A DNA stretch of 64,000 nt. Source: Leucoraja ocellata. Lineage: Eukaryota. The notes under the pieces are model-generated. The model searched no databases and was not told where the DNA came from. It saw nothing but the letters and a program-made list of their open reading frames with translations. A program made the translations under genes and the position numbers. Positions 12,584-24,264 of the stretch are shown piece by piece (positions within the stretch are counted from its first letter, which is position 1; the number at the start of each line of letters is the position of its first letter). The stretch is from assembly GCA_036785375.1 (NCBI GenBank), contig JAWMAR010000314.1:1550001-1614000 (forward strand), given 5' to 3'.

Positions 12584-12597
12584 GTTACTATGGTAAC
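12584..12597. promoter_or_regulatory. Candidate RFX X-box in a non-repetitive island
   Basis: GTTACTATGGTAAC fits the palindromic GTTRCCATGGYAAC consensus with one mismatch. Confidence 0.35.
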
Positions 12598-12906
12598 AAT
12601 TCAGCTTTGTTAGCCAAAGTTTTATGCCTGAGCAGGAAATGTGTTCCTGACTCTGTGGAGCTTAAAGAAGGGGGTTCTTCTCCAGGATATCGAGAGCAGT
12701 TCAGAGCTTGTAAATATTTCGGGATAACACTGGCATTTGAAAGGAAACGCTAAAGCAAGTTCGGATCAGCTGCAGTGGAATTGGGGTCTCACTGACTGTT
12801 CATTCAATAACATGTGTGTGTCTATCCCAGTCCAAGGGTTAACACAAACACCATCACTTCTCTTAATTGGGCCATCTCATCTCACACTCATCCCCAAAAC
12901 AAGAAC

Positions 12907-13748
12907 TTCAAGTTCAAGTTCAAGTTACATTTATTGTCACATACGCCAATTGGTGCAGTGAAATTTGAGTTACCATGCAACCACACAAATAAAATAAAAT
13001 GATCACAACACGATAGAATTTAACATGAACATCCACCACAATGGAATCAACGTTCCCACTGTGAGGGAAGGCAATAGAGTTCAGTCATCTTCCTCGTTGT
13101 TCACCCGTGGTCGGGGCCTTTGAGCCCTCCACAGTCGCCGCTATGGACGGTCCGATGTACAGGCCCTCCCGCCGGGATGATCGAAGCACCAGTGTCGGAA
13201 CGCAAGAACACTCTCAGCAGCTTGGAGTTTCCGAATCGGCCGCTTCTTACCGGAGACCGCGGCTTCCGAAGTCCACAGGCCGAGCTGGACGGAGCTCCGA
13301 CACTGGCGACCTCGACAAAGATCCCAGGCACCGCGATGTTAGGGTCAGCGCCGCCCGCAGCTGGAAGCTCCGCAAACCACAGCTCCACGGTGTGAAAGTC
13401 GGCAGGCCCTCCGGAGCTCTAACACGGCGATCCCCGGTAAGGCATCGCCCGCTTCACGATGAAATTCAGTGCTGTGCTGCTGCTGAAGCTCCGGCCGATC
13501 TCCGGCACGAAAGTCCGCGCCAATCCAGATGGTAGGCCGCGAGGGGAGGGGGGGCGAAGATGCGACTCGGAGAATAGACGCATCCTCGACCTGGTAGTGA
13601 CTGGGAAACAGTTTCCCCTCTACCCCCACCCCCCCACATAAAAAAGACAAAGACCTCCAAAGACATACTTTTTGACACTAAAAATAACAAAAAGGGTGAA
13701 AGGACAGACAGCTGCTGGCGAGGCTGCCACACTAGATGGCGCCACCGC
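12907..13748 (-). mobile_element. CpG-rich non-autonomous composite retroposon, Rex-like tail (copy A)
   Basis: Minus 3' end GTGACAATAAATGTAAC(TTGAAC)n; body shares CACTGTGAGGGAAGGCA, CACCCGnGGTCGGGGCC and AAAGGGTGAAAGGAC with 34558-35421. Confidence 0.75.
13728..13745 (+). promoter_or_regulatory. CTCF-like motif near the 5' end of retroposon copy A
   Basis: CACACTAGATGGCGCCAC resembles the core CCACYAGRKGGCRC. Confidence 0.4.
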
Positions 13749-13851
13749 TCGAGACTTGCAGGGGGTAGTGAATGCAGTTTAGTTCACTGTGCAAACCCGC
13801 CTCCCCTTCCCTTCGGGAAAACAGCCAATATAATCAAGGTCCACTAGCATC

Positions 13852-14029
13852 CCTGGATAGAAGGAATGGGTGACGTTCCGGGTGAGACCCTTCTTCAGAT
13901 TGAAGAAGGGTCTCGACCCAAAATATCACCCATTCCTTCTATCCACGCATGCTGCCTGTCCCGCTGAGATACTCCAGCATTTTGTGTCTATCTTTGGTGT
14001 AAACCAGCATCTGTAGTTCCTTCCTACAC
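13852..14029. mobile_element. Penelope-derived fold-back insertion inside a Rex 3' fragment
   Basis: CCCTTCTTCAGA|TTGAAGAAGGG inversion centre; ~22-bp TSD ATAATCAAGG(T/A)CCACT(A/C)GCA(T/C)C at 13830-13851 and 14030-14051. Confidence 0.8.
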
Positions 14030-14660
14030 ATAATCAAGGACCACTCGCACCTCAGTCATTCTTCACCCTTCTATTCGGCAGAAGGTGCAAAAGCTTGAAA
14101 ACGTGTACCACCATATTCAGGAACAACTTCCCCACTGTTATCAGAATATTGAACGGATCTCTCATAATCTAGCCCTGTCCCACTGCACTAGTTCATTCAT
14201 GTGCTCTCCCGAGTTAAAAAAAAAATCAAACTCGTGGTAAGTACGTAGAATGAACGTAGCGGGTACGTCGGAGCTCGGGAACGTCTCTTAGTGGCTCGTA
14301 ACGCAGTAAGCTCGGAAAGACTCGTGAAGATTTTTCAACATGTTGAAGAATGTCCACGAGAGCCCCGAGTGCCTACGAGCGGACAGTACCGTAAATCTCC
14401 GAGTTCGAATCAGGGGAAACTCGGGAGAACTCTTTGAATGAACTCGTACAGTGAGACAGGGCTTTAAGGGTGTATTCCCGATCTCCCAACCTACCTTGTT
14501 GCGGCCTTGGCACTTTTTAAATCTTCAACTTCTTTGTGGATGTAACACTATATTCTTCACTGGGTAATTTTCTATTTGTACTTCCCATTGTTCTTGTGTG
14601 GCTTGATCGCACTCATGCAAGGTATGAATCAACTGGAGAGCATGTAAAACATAGTCCTGA
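14030..14660 (+). mobile_element. Rex-Babar LINE 3' fragment interrupted by a MITE
   Basis: IIKDHSH..GRRCKSLKTCTTIFRNNF-like remnant, continuing into 3' UTR after 14465. Confidence 0.6.
14171..14464. mobile_element. Harbinger/PIF-like MITE, family B
   Basis: TIRs AGCCCTGTCCCACTG..GTTCATTCA / TGAATGAACTCGTACAGTGAGACAGGGCTT followed by TAA; same family as 53528-53838 in opposite orientation. Confidence 0.8.
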
Positions 14661-15129
14661 AGTAAACAAACATCTCGGTGTCAAACAATTGGCGAATAAG
14701 CACAGAGACATGTGGCAGAAAATAGACTTGATTCACGTTGCAAGTGGGGGCTTTGGGCACCACGTTCCACAAATGATATCCTCGCCCTTTGGCGGTTCCC
14801 ACGGCAACCAAGGCATCAACAACACTGGAAATTCAACTTTCATTATTCTTCCCTGAGAGTAAATAGCGCCTGAAAAGCATAAACTGTCAGAGTAAAATCA
14901 CCTCTTGTCAGCCGCAAGGTGATTAATAATGCAGCTTCAGCAACATAAAATGTCCTGCGTTATTTACAGAGCATGATTACAAAAATTGACAATGCATTTG
15001 GGATATCAGGACAGGAAACAAAAAATTGATCAAAGACTTGAAGGAGAATCGTAAAGAAGGAGGAGAGCTTTACAGAACAAATTGCACTGAGTGACCTAAG
15101 ACACGGCAGCTCACAGCAGAGCAGTTACG

Positions 15130-15380
15130 TGTTGGAACCAACTGCAGATGCTGGTTTGTACTGAAGATAGACACAAAATGCTGCAGTAACTCAGAGGTAA
15201 GGCAGCATCTCTGGATAGAAGGAATGCGTGACGCTTCTGTATTTCCTTATCACTGTCTGCTTTGATCTGTCGTTTTCACACCTTACCTTTCCATATCTCG
15301 AGACTGAAACGCCACCCATTCCTGCTCCCCAGAGATGCTGTCTGTCCCGCTGTGTTACTCCAGCATTTTGAGTGTAGCTT
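15130..15380. mobile_element. Penelope-derived fold-back insertion
   Basis: Inverted pLTR arms AACTGCAGATGCTGG..AGAAGGAATG / CATTCC..AGAGATGCTG..TTACTCCAGCATTTTG. Confidence 0.7.
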
Positions 15381-15706
15381 CACCAGGACATAGCCTGAGA
15401 TAATGTTTCGGGTCAGAACTCCTCCTCAGAGGTAACTTTTCAGATCCAAGCCTCCCTTCCCAATTCTGATAAAGAGTCTCAGTTGTGAAACATCAAACAC
15501 TATAATGTTCCTCTCAACAGATACTGCCTGACCTGCTGTGCATTTTCAGCACTTTCTGTTTTTATTTCAGATTGCCAGCATCCGTATTTTTTTTATTTTC
15601 ATGTCTCCTGGCTTAGTTGGCTGTCAAATATTTTTGGTTGTACTGAATATTTCTGACATTCAGAAACATTAAAAAAGCTATTGAAGCATTTTGAATCTGT
15701 GGGAAA

Positions 15707-15853
15707 NNNNNNNNNNNNNNNNNNNNNNNNNNNNNNNNNNNNNNNNNNNNNNNNNNNNNNNNNNNNNNNNNNNNNNNNNNNNNNNNNNNNNNNNNNNNNN
15801 NNNNNNNNNNNNNNNNNNNNNNNNNNNNNNNNNNNNNNNNNNNNNNNNNNNNN
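15707..15853. other. Assembly gap
   Basis: Run of N. Confidence 1.
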
Positions 15854-16169
15854 CCATCCGACCGGCTGCCGTCCGGCTGCCTTTCTGCCTTTTGATTCGT
15901 TGACGGCTGTTCCTTCCTATCAGCTTCCAACACACTGCAATACAAAGTTGCAAGACAGGAACACTCTGAACTTTTCACTGCTGCAGCAGGCAGGGAGGAG
16001 CAATCGGAATTGTTTTTAAATCCACTGCTGAGGGAGGCAGGGGAGTGCTGGAATCTTACATTTGGGAACGGGTTCAGTTCCGTTGGAGGAGACGGATGCA
16101 TGGTGGAATATTGGGTTGGGGGATCACACCATTGGGGGAGCAGACCCAATGGGTCTGCACTTGGTCTAG
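15854..16169 (+). mobile_element. Non-autonomous Helitron, family H2, 3' part
   Basis: Ends GCAGACCC-AAT-GGGTCTGC ACTTGGTCTAG|T; closely similar to 22345-23091 in reverse orientation. Confidence 0.85.
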
Positions 16170-16229
16170 TATCTTTTAACGAGGACAAAAACAATTAAAA
16201 CATTGGAATAAATTCAAACATTGAAACAG

Positions 16230-16785
16230 ATCTAAAGACCCTCAGTCCGGCTTGGCCTACGTAACCTCCCGGTTGACAAAAACTTTAAATCCCCTTCCCC
16301 GCTCCAGCACTGACCTGTCTGTCCTGGGCCTCCTCCACTGTCAGAGTGAGGCCCAAAGCAAATTGGAGGAACAGCATCTCATATTTCGCTTGGGCAGCTT
16401 ACACCCCAGTGATATGAATATTGATTTCTCTACCTTCAAGTAACCCTGACATCCCATCTCTCTCCGTCTCTCCCCCACCCTTGTCGTCATACTAGTTTCA
16501 CTGCTGTCCTGTTGAGTTTCATCTGAGTTTCATCCTGATAAGTTATCTGTATAACTCGTTTTCAACTTGCACACAGCTATCAATGGCCCGTTTCATTTAT
16601 CATCGATTCTTTTTTGCATATCTTTCATTCATTAGTTCTATATCTCTCTCTGTCACATCCATATCTCTCGTTTCCCTTTCCCCTGACTCTCAGTCTGAAG
16701 AAGGGTCTCGACATGAAACATAACCTATTCCTTTTCTCCAAAGATGCTGCCTGACCCTCAGAGTAATTCCAAGTTGTTGTGTCTA
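16230..16785 (+). mobile_element. Penelope-like (Neptune-type) 3' fragment
   Basis: TDLSVLGLLHCQSEAQSKLEEQHLIFRLGSLHPSDMNIDFSTFK*, then pLTR with degenerate CTGAAGAAGGGTCTCGAC motif. Confidence 0.85.
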
Positions 16786-18080
16786 AAGACGCCATCACAT
16801 GGTCATCATTCTCCATCGATGAGATGAACAGAGAAGGTCTCGGTGTCCCAAGGTCTAATCCAATGCTGGCCATTCCAATGAATCTCCCATCCATTATAAT
16901 GCAGGGACTGCAATTGTGCTCTTGTGCTGTATTCAACGAGGAATCCCATGTCAAAGTGTAAGCAAAGAAATTCCGGCAAGCAGCTGTCAGCATGTTTGGG
17001 ACACACTTGCATCCGCACACACGTGTTGTAATTCCGGTCTTCCTGGTGCATGCACGGGGCTGCAGCAGAAGTTACATGCAGAACTGCTGCCATTTCCCTA
17101 CAGAGACCAGGCCGGCATTTTCCTACTTTAAATCAATCTTACTGCTGGCTGAGAACAGTGTGGGTAGTGTCTCTCTCAGTCTGGCTGCTGCTTTATTCCT
17201 GCATCGTATTCCAAAACCAACAGTGGAGAACGATCGAGAACCGGGGTTAACGGAGGAGCTGTCTGAATGGGCTCTGCTTTACAAGTGCACCTGAGACATG
17301 TTGCTCTCAGATGACATCCAGCAAGAATCCTAACAAGCTGTAGATTATTAAACACTGGTGGTAGGACTGGGGTTGGCAGACACAGGGACTAGTACTCAAG
17401 GTTTCTGTATATCTCTTGAATAACGTTTAATAGGCAGCTGGCAATTGCTTGGGGAAATATTATCTCTGGGACCAAGTGAGGCATATGACCATGAGGTAGA
17501 GACAGGCTGTTCGGCCTCTTGACCCTGCCCCACCATTCACAAGGAGCATCACAGGCCTAACGTTCGTCATGTTCCCGCCCGATCTTTAACCCTCGATTCC
17601 ATCACTGATTAAAAGTCTATCCATCACAGCTTTGAAGATATTCAAGCATTTTATCTTGGTAGATCTCTGAAACAAGGAACACCATAAACTCACACCCTTT
17701 GACAGATGAAATGCTTCCTCATCTCAGTATTGAGAGTGAGCTCCTTAGTCTGAGGCCAGGCAGCCTGGTCCCACAACAACCTCCTAGCATGTAGCATGCC
17801 ATGCCCTAGCAATCTTATGATCAATTCTCGTTCTTCTAAACTCGAAGAATCAAACCCTTCAAACTCTTCAATCTTTCATAGAATCATAGTCATAGAGTGA
17901 TACAGTGTTGAAACAGGCCCTTCGGCCCAACTTGCCCACACCGGCTGACATGTCCCAGCTACACTAGTTCCCTTCATACCTGGGTTCAAAATGAAACATC
18001 CCTGAATTGCCTCCAATATATTTCCTTAAATAAGGAGATCAAAATCATTCTTTGGATGTGATTCAAGTGCTCATCTAGAC

Positions 18081-18378
18081 AGGGTGGCATGGTGGCGCAG
18101 CGGTAGAGTTGCTGCTTCACTGCACCAGAGACCTGGGTTCAATCCTAACTACGGGTGCTGTCTGTACGATGTATGTTCTCCCTATGACCACATGGGTTTT
18201 CTCCATTTGCTCCAATTTCTTCCCATCTTCCAAAAGACATCAGGTTTGTAGGCTAATTGACTTCTGTAAATTGACCCTAGTGTGTAGGATAGTATTAGTG
18301 TACATGGTGATCATGGTTGGCATGGACTCAGTGGGCCGAAGGGCCTGTTTCTACACTGTATATCTAAAATCTAAAAAT
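18081..18378 (+). mobile_element. HE1-type V-SINE
   Basis: GGGTGGCATGGTGGCGCAGCGGTAGAG head, GGTTCAATCC B-box, GGGCCGAAGGGCCTGTTT 3' end. Confidence 0.9.
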
Positions 18379-19224
18379 CTTGGAAACCAAGTGCTGGAGT
18401 AACATAGCATATACGGTACTTGGAGGGTCTCCTGTTTACCTTTGTTATTGGATGTGTACAACATGAATGTGTGGGCATGCAGGCATCTTAGCAAGGCCAC
18501 TCAAGTCCATGTAAAGACAGTCTTTGTACATGTGATGCCAGCCTTCATAACCATCAAGGCACTCAACAAGATTTACTGATGAGAATTTAACGCCAAGCTG
18601 CATAACAATCAAGATTTATGGCAAGATGTTCAACATCTTCATCCAAAGAGGTAGGTTTAGAGCAACTTTATTGGAGGAAAGAAGTGTAGAGGAATTCAGG
18701 GAGAGGCTTCCAAGACCAGGCATGTCAATGTTGGACGGAGTTGTTAATGTCAGGGATTCTCAGAACTGACAACGAGAGAATAGCTAACATGGCAGCGTTA
18801 AAATCAAGATAAAATCAATATCATGGAATGATTTAGAGGGATAAGGTCATAAGGTCATAGATGACAGGAGCAGAATTAGGCCATTCGGCCCATCAAGTCT
18901 ACTCCACCATTGAATCTTAGCTGATCTATCTCTCCCTCCTTCTCCTACCTTCTCTCCATAACCCTAACACACGAACTAATCAAGAATCTATCTATCTCTG
19001 TCTTAAATAGGTGGGACTACCGCAGATGGGCAACTTGTTCATCTTGTTCAGCTTGGGCATGCCTTGCCGAAGGGCCTGTTTCCATGCTGTATAACTCTAT
19101 GTCTGCCTACGCATAAAATCCCAGCTGAGATCTAGTGCAGGTCAGGTGGCATCAGAAGTACTGAGGTGGTAATGGGAACCGACATGAGTAGACAAAGTTT
19201 TGGTTTGGAAGAGCTCATCGCCAC

Positions 19225-19425
19225 AGAGGGCCGTGGAGGCCAAGTCAGTGGATATGTGTAAGGCAGAGATAGACAGATTCTTGACTAGAACGGGTGTCAA
19301 GGGCTTTGGGGGAAAGGCAGAAAAATGGGATTAGTTGGCAGAGATCAGCCATGATTGAATGGCGGAGTAGACTCGATGGGCCGAATGGCCTAATTCCACT
19401 CCTATAACGTGAACTGGTGAACTGA
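19225..19425 (+). mobile_element. CR1-type LINE 3' end
   Basis: AVEAKSVDMCKAEIDRFL..GVKGFGGKA; GATCAGCCATGATTGAATGG; GTGAACT tail. Confidence 0.8.
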
Positions 19426-20044
19426 TTCACGATAATGGAGACGGTCGCGTAGTTTCAGCAACTGCCCAGCCGTGGGACCGCTGCATGCTGCAGAAGGTGG
19501 GCTGCTGAAGAATGAGCCCTTCAGCAATCCCGAGCCCTTCCCACAGAGAAGCGATTGGCATGGCAGCAAGAGTTAATCCAGCCTCACGTGGCCCGGACCT
19601 GGGTGCAGGTGAGAGAGAAAGCTCCAGGTCTCTGCAAGCCTGCCAAAACAACTCTGCTCACACTATGCAGAATGTCAGACTGTTATTTTACAAGACATCT
19701 TAATAGCACTTCTCCCACTCACTTTCTCCCACAGTTTGCAGCTTACAATATCTTGCCAAGAGGTGCCTTTGTCATTTTACAGTCATGTTCTCTGTGCTGT
19801 TATTGATTCTGTTAAATATTTACAGGATCAAAGCATTCCTTGCCCAGTCCTACTGCCCACAAGAAGGAAGGAGGTGGCGAGCCAGCCTCTTGCACCACTG
19901 CAATCCTTGGTGGGAAGACGGCTGCACAGAGTTAATGGACAAGGCATTGTGATAGAATGAGCATCACTTCCAAAGTGCCTCAGACACAGCAGCATCCTCC
20001 TGCGTACGACACTGGGAGGTCAGCCTGGATTATAGGTCTCTGAA

Positions 20045-20517
20045 ATCAGTCTTTTCACCCAGAGAGTTGTGAATCTGTGGAATTCGCTGCCACAGAAGGC
20101 AGTGGAGGCCAGTTCACTGGATGTTTTCAAGAGAGAGTTTTGCCCCAGTCCCACTTAGGAAACCTGAACGGAAACGTCCGGAGACTTTGCGCCTCACCCA
20201 AGGTTTCCGTGCGGTCCCCGGAGGTTTTTGTCAGTCTCTCTACCTACTTCCACTACCTGCAACCTCCGGCAACCACCTGCAACCTCCGGGAACCGCACGG
20301 AAACCTTGGGTGGGGCGCAAAGTCTCCAGAGGTTTCCGTTCAGGTTTCCTAAGTGGGACAGGGGCATTAGATTTAACTCTAAGGGTTAAAGGAATCAAGG
20401 GATATGGGGTGAAAAGCAGGAACGGGGTACTGATTTTAGATGATCAGCCATGATCATATTGAATGGCGGTGCTGGCTCGAAGGCGCCTGCACTATTTTTC
20501 TATGTTTCTATGTTTCT
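20045..20517 (+). mobile_element. CR1-type LINE 3' fragment split by a MITE
   Basis: FTQRVVNLWNSLPQKAVEA (20055-20137) resumes at 20367 as LDLTLRVKGIKGYG; (CTATGTTT)n tail. Confidence 0.85.
20141..20366. mobile_element. Harbinger/PIF-like MITE, family C, long TIRs
   Basis: ~85-bp TIRs TGCCCC(A/T)GTCCCACTTAGGAAACCTGAACGGAAAC..; inserted at TTA of the host CR1 (flanks TTT / TTA). Confidence 0.85.
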
Positions 20518-21300
20518 AAGCCACACTGTTTTGGCTCAGATTGAGTGTGCAGACACTGAGCCAGGTCTGGGCAGTGCAGAACATGAACCAGGTCAGACGC
20601 CCTGCATATATATGTATGTCTGTGTATATTAAGTGAGCTTTGTTCACTCACTAGAAACAGCAAGTCACCATAAAAAGGCAGCTGCCTTTAATTTATGATG
20701 TTACTTGGTAACTGGTTCAAATACCTCAGCGGTATTCAGGCTGCAAATTCCTTCCGGTAATGCACTGGGAGGTTCGAGAAGGGAATTGTATTTATAAGGC
20801 TATTAATTCATTAAACAAATGTCAAGCATAGGCCCATTTTTCTTCATGATATGGAGTACTCTGGTCTCTAACCTTCACGAGCTATCAATAGCCTTCTCTC
20901 TATTGACAGCATCACAGTCAATTAATTCTCGTAATTACACGCTGCAGTTTTGCTTTGCTTACACTTATAATATTGGGACTCCAAACACAATAATGGCTGC
21001 CTTGAATGAGATCAACTAATTCAGTTCTCCCAGAGGATCAAGTCTCAGAACTTCCCGTCTGCACTGGCTGGCTGCTGTCCAAGAAGCATGCAGTCATTTG
21101 CATCTGTTTTCAGACTTCCCTTAACCCAACCATTGTTTTTAATTCACATGTGCAGGCAGATGCCTTACTTAGCTTTGGTTCCTGAGATCATTTCCACGCC
21201 AACTGATCCCACTCAGATCTACAGATTCCAATTTCTTTTTTAAAGTCTTTTTAATGATGCTTTTAGGGGATTTGAAGGGAAAGTTTTTTTTTACACAGAG

Positions 21301-21631
21301 AGGCACGGTGACACAGTGGTAGAATTGCTGCCAGAGTTGCTGCCTGGTGCCAGAGACCCAGGTTCGATCCTGACTACGGGTGCTGTCTGTGAAGAGTTTG
21401 TATGTTCACCCCTGGCCCTGCATGGGTTTTTTTCTAGTGATCTCCGGTTTCCTCCCACATTCCAAAGACGTACAGGTTTGTAGGTTAATTGCTTGGTGTA
21501 ATTGGAAATTGTCACTAGTGTGTGTAGGATAGTGTTAGTATATCGGGATCGCTGGTCGGTGCGGACTCGGAGGGCCGAGAGCCCAGCTTTCGTGCTGTAT
21601 CTCTAAACTAAACTAAACTGAACTAAACTAA
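21301..21631 (+). mobile_element. HE1-type V-SINE
   Basis: tRNA-like head, GGTTCGATCC, V-domain, (TAAAC)n tail. Confidence 0.9.
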
Positions 21632-22344
21632 GTGTAGTCAGATACAATCACAACATTTAAGAGGCATTTAAACAGACACTTAATAGGCAAGGCATTGAAG
21701 CAGACGGACTTAATGCGGATAAAGTGGACATCTTAGATGGGCCGAAGAGTTACTTTCCGTACTGTACAATTCTATCATGCCTCCAGGTGGCCCTTTGTAT
21801 TTGGAAAATGCAGTTTCCATTTGAAACTAATGATTCGCTGTTGAACCACGAACATGAAAATGTAAGATGTCTTCCGAACTCATTATTGGAGGGATTCTCA
21901 AAAAAACTGAAATGTTCCACGTTTCCAAAGAAAGACAAACCTACAGGGATTGGTTGAGCTAAATGGTTCTTTCTTGGGAATGGTTTATTATGGTCATGTG
22001 TTTTAACATGTTTTGCATGCAATCCAAGCAAATCATACCGTACATGAGTAATAAAAGGGAACTGCAGATGCTGGTTTATACCAAAGCTGTACACAAAACG
22101 CTGCAGTAACTCAGCGGGTCACGCAGCGCCTCTGGAGAAAATGGACAGACGTGTTAACTGTTATTTTTCCACAGATGCTGTCTGACCTACTGAGTTTTTC
22201 CCTCATTCTGTTTTTATTTGCATCTGCATTTCTTACTCCTTCAAAGTTTTGCCATCTTATTATGTCCTTTACTCAAGAACTACCTCTGCCAGGAAGTAGT
22301 TATCAGAATGGGCCAAGCTTATATATAGATAGTTTTATTGTAAA

Positions 22345-23091
22345 CTAGACAAGTGCAGACCCATTGGGTCTGCTCCCCCAATGGTGTGATCCCCCAACCC
22401 AATATTCCACCATGCACCCGTCTCCTCCAACGGAACTAAACCCGTTCCCAAATGTAAGATTCCAGCACTCCCCTGCCTCCCTCAGCAGTGGATTGAAAAA
22501 AAAACTCCAATTGCACCTACCCTGCCTGCTGCAGCAGTTCCAATTGCAATACCAATTGGCCCTCCCCCTCCTGTTGAAGCACTTGCTGTGATATCCCATT
22601 GAGGTGAAAAGTTCAGAGTGTTCCTGTCTTGCAACTTTGTTTTGAAGTGTGTTGGAAGCTGATAGGAAGGAGCAGCGAATCAAAAGGCAGAAAGGCAGCC
22701 GGACGCCAGGCGGCAGCCACACAGTTTTAATATATAACTAGACCAAGTGCAGACCCATTGGGTCTGCTCCCCCAATGGTGTGATCCCCCAACCCAATATT
22801 CCACCATGCACCCGTCTCCTCCAATGGAACTGAAGCCTTTCCCAAATGTAAGATTCCAGCACTCCCCTACCTCCCTCAGCAGTGGATTTAAAAAAAAATG
22901 TGCATTTCACCTCCCTGTCTGCTGCAGCAGTGAAAAGTTCAGAGTGTTCCTGTCTTGCAACTTTGTTTCGAAGTGTGTTGGAAGCTGATAGGAAGGAGCA
23001 GCCGTCAACGAATCAAAAGGCAGAAAGGCAGCCGGATGGCAGCCGGTCGGATGGCACGAGGGTTTTATATATTAATAGATAGATAGATAGA
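22345..23091 (-). mobile_element. Tandem non-autonomous Helitron, family H2 (units 22345-22737 and 22738-23091)
   Basis: Minus strand A|TCTATCTATCTATCTATTAATATATAAAA ... hairpin GCAGACCC-AAT-GGGTCTGC ... CTAG|T; second hairpin plus CTAG at 22738; no TSD. Confidence 0.85.
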
Positions 23092-24264
23092 TGGACAATG
23101 AAGGGCTGAGATATAACTTCCAATTCCAACACTAAATCATGCTATGAAATGTTGATTGGGGTGCATATACACCATATTTGAGAAACCTTGCTCCTAATAT
23201 TGCAAATAACTCATTATATTGAAATGACAGCGTAAAAGTAGAGTCAAATGGAGCCATTGTATGCTCCACAAATCAATTCGACAGACATGGACTAAGCTTA
23301 CTTTGCACAATATGGTTCTTGAACGTCTGCAGTTACAGTGTATTGGAGACATATAGCACAGAAATAAGCCCTTCAGCCCAACTTATCCATGCCACATGTG
23401 AGCTAGACTCAGCTCTCCACATTTTGCCCATATTCATCTGAACCATCCCTGTCCATGTACCTGTCCAAATGCCTTTTAATTTTTTTAATTGTGCCTGCCT
23501 CAACTACTTAATTGAGCAGCTTGTTCCATATACCCACCATCCTCTATGAAGGGACCTGTGGTGCATGGAAGGCGGTCATGTAAGATTCCTTATAGGAGCT
23601 ACTTATGATGTGCTGCCATCACTGCAGAGCCTCAAACAGTGGGGACCCAGCGTGTCTCTTGTGTTCAGAGGTGGCAACGTTGAGGCTTATTTTATCAGGA
23701 TGTAGGACTATAGACAATAGACAATAGGTGCAGGAGTAGGTCATTCAGCCCTTCGAGCCAGCACCGCCATTAAATGGGATCATGGCTGATCATCCCCTAT
23801 CAGTAACCCGTTCCTGCCTTAACCCCATATCCTCTGACTCCGCTATCTTTAAGAGCCCTATCTAGCTCTCCCTTGAAAGTGTCCAGAGAACCGGCCTCCA
23901 CTGCCCTCTGAGGCACAGAATTCCACACTCACAACTCTCTGGGTGAAAAAGTGTTTCCTCATCTCCGTTCTAAATGGCTTACCACATTCTTAAACAGTGA
24001 CCCCTGGTTCTGGACTCCCCCAACATCGGGAGCATGTTTCCTGCCTCAAGCCTGTCCAAACCCTTAATAATCTTATATGTTTCAATAAGATAGACAGTAG
24101 ACAATGGAGCCAGCACCCCCTCTCATCCTTCTAAACTCCAGAGTGTACAAGCCCAGCCGTTCCATTCTCTCAGCATATAACAGTCCTGCCATCCCGGGAA
24201 TTAACTTTGAAAGCCTACGCTGCACTCCCTCAATAGCAATAATGTCCTTCTTCAAATTGGGGGA

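Noticed and set aside
13101-13732. Many overlapping ORFs in CpG-rich elements (also 34.7-36.4 kb and 46.4-47.1 kb)
   Set aside because: Explained by high GC content; frames are not preserved between homologous copies.
18081-18150. tRNA-like sequences at SINE heads throughout the window
   Set aside because: They have A/B-box-like motifs but run straight into the V-domain and LINE tail without a complete cloverleaf; they are SINEs, not tRNA genes.
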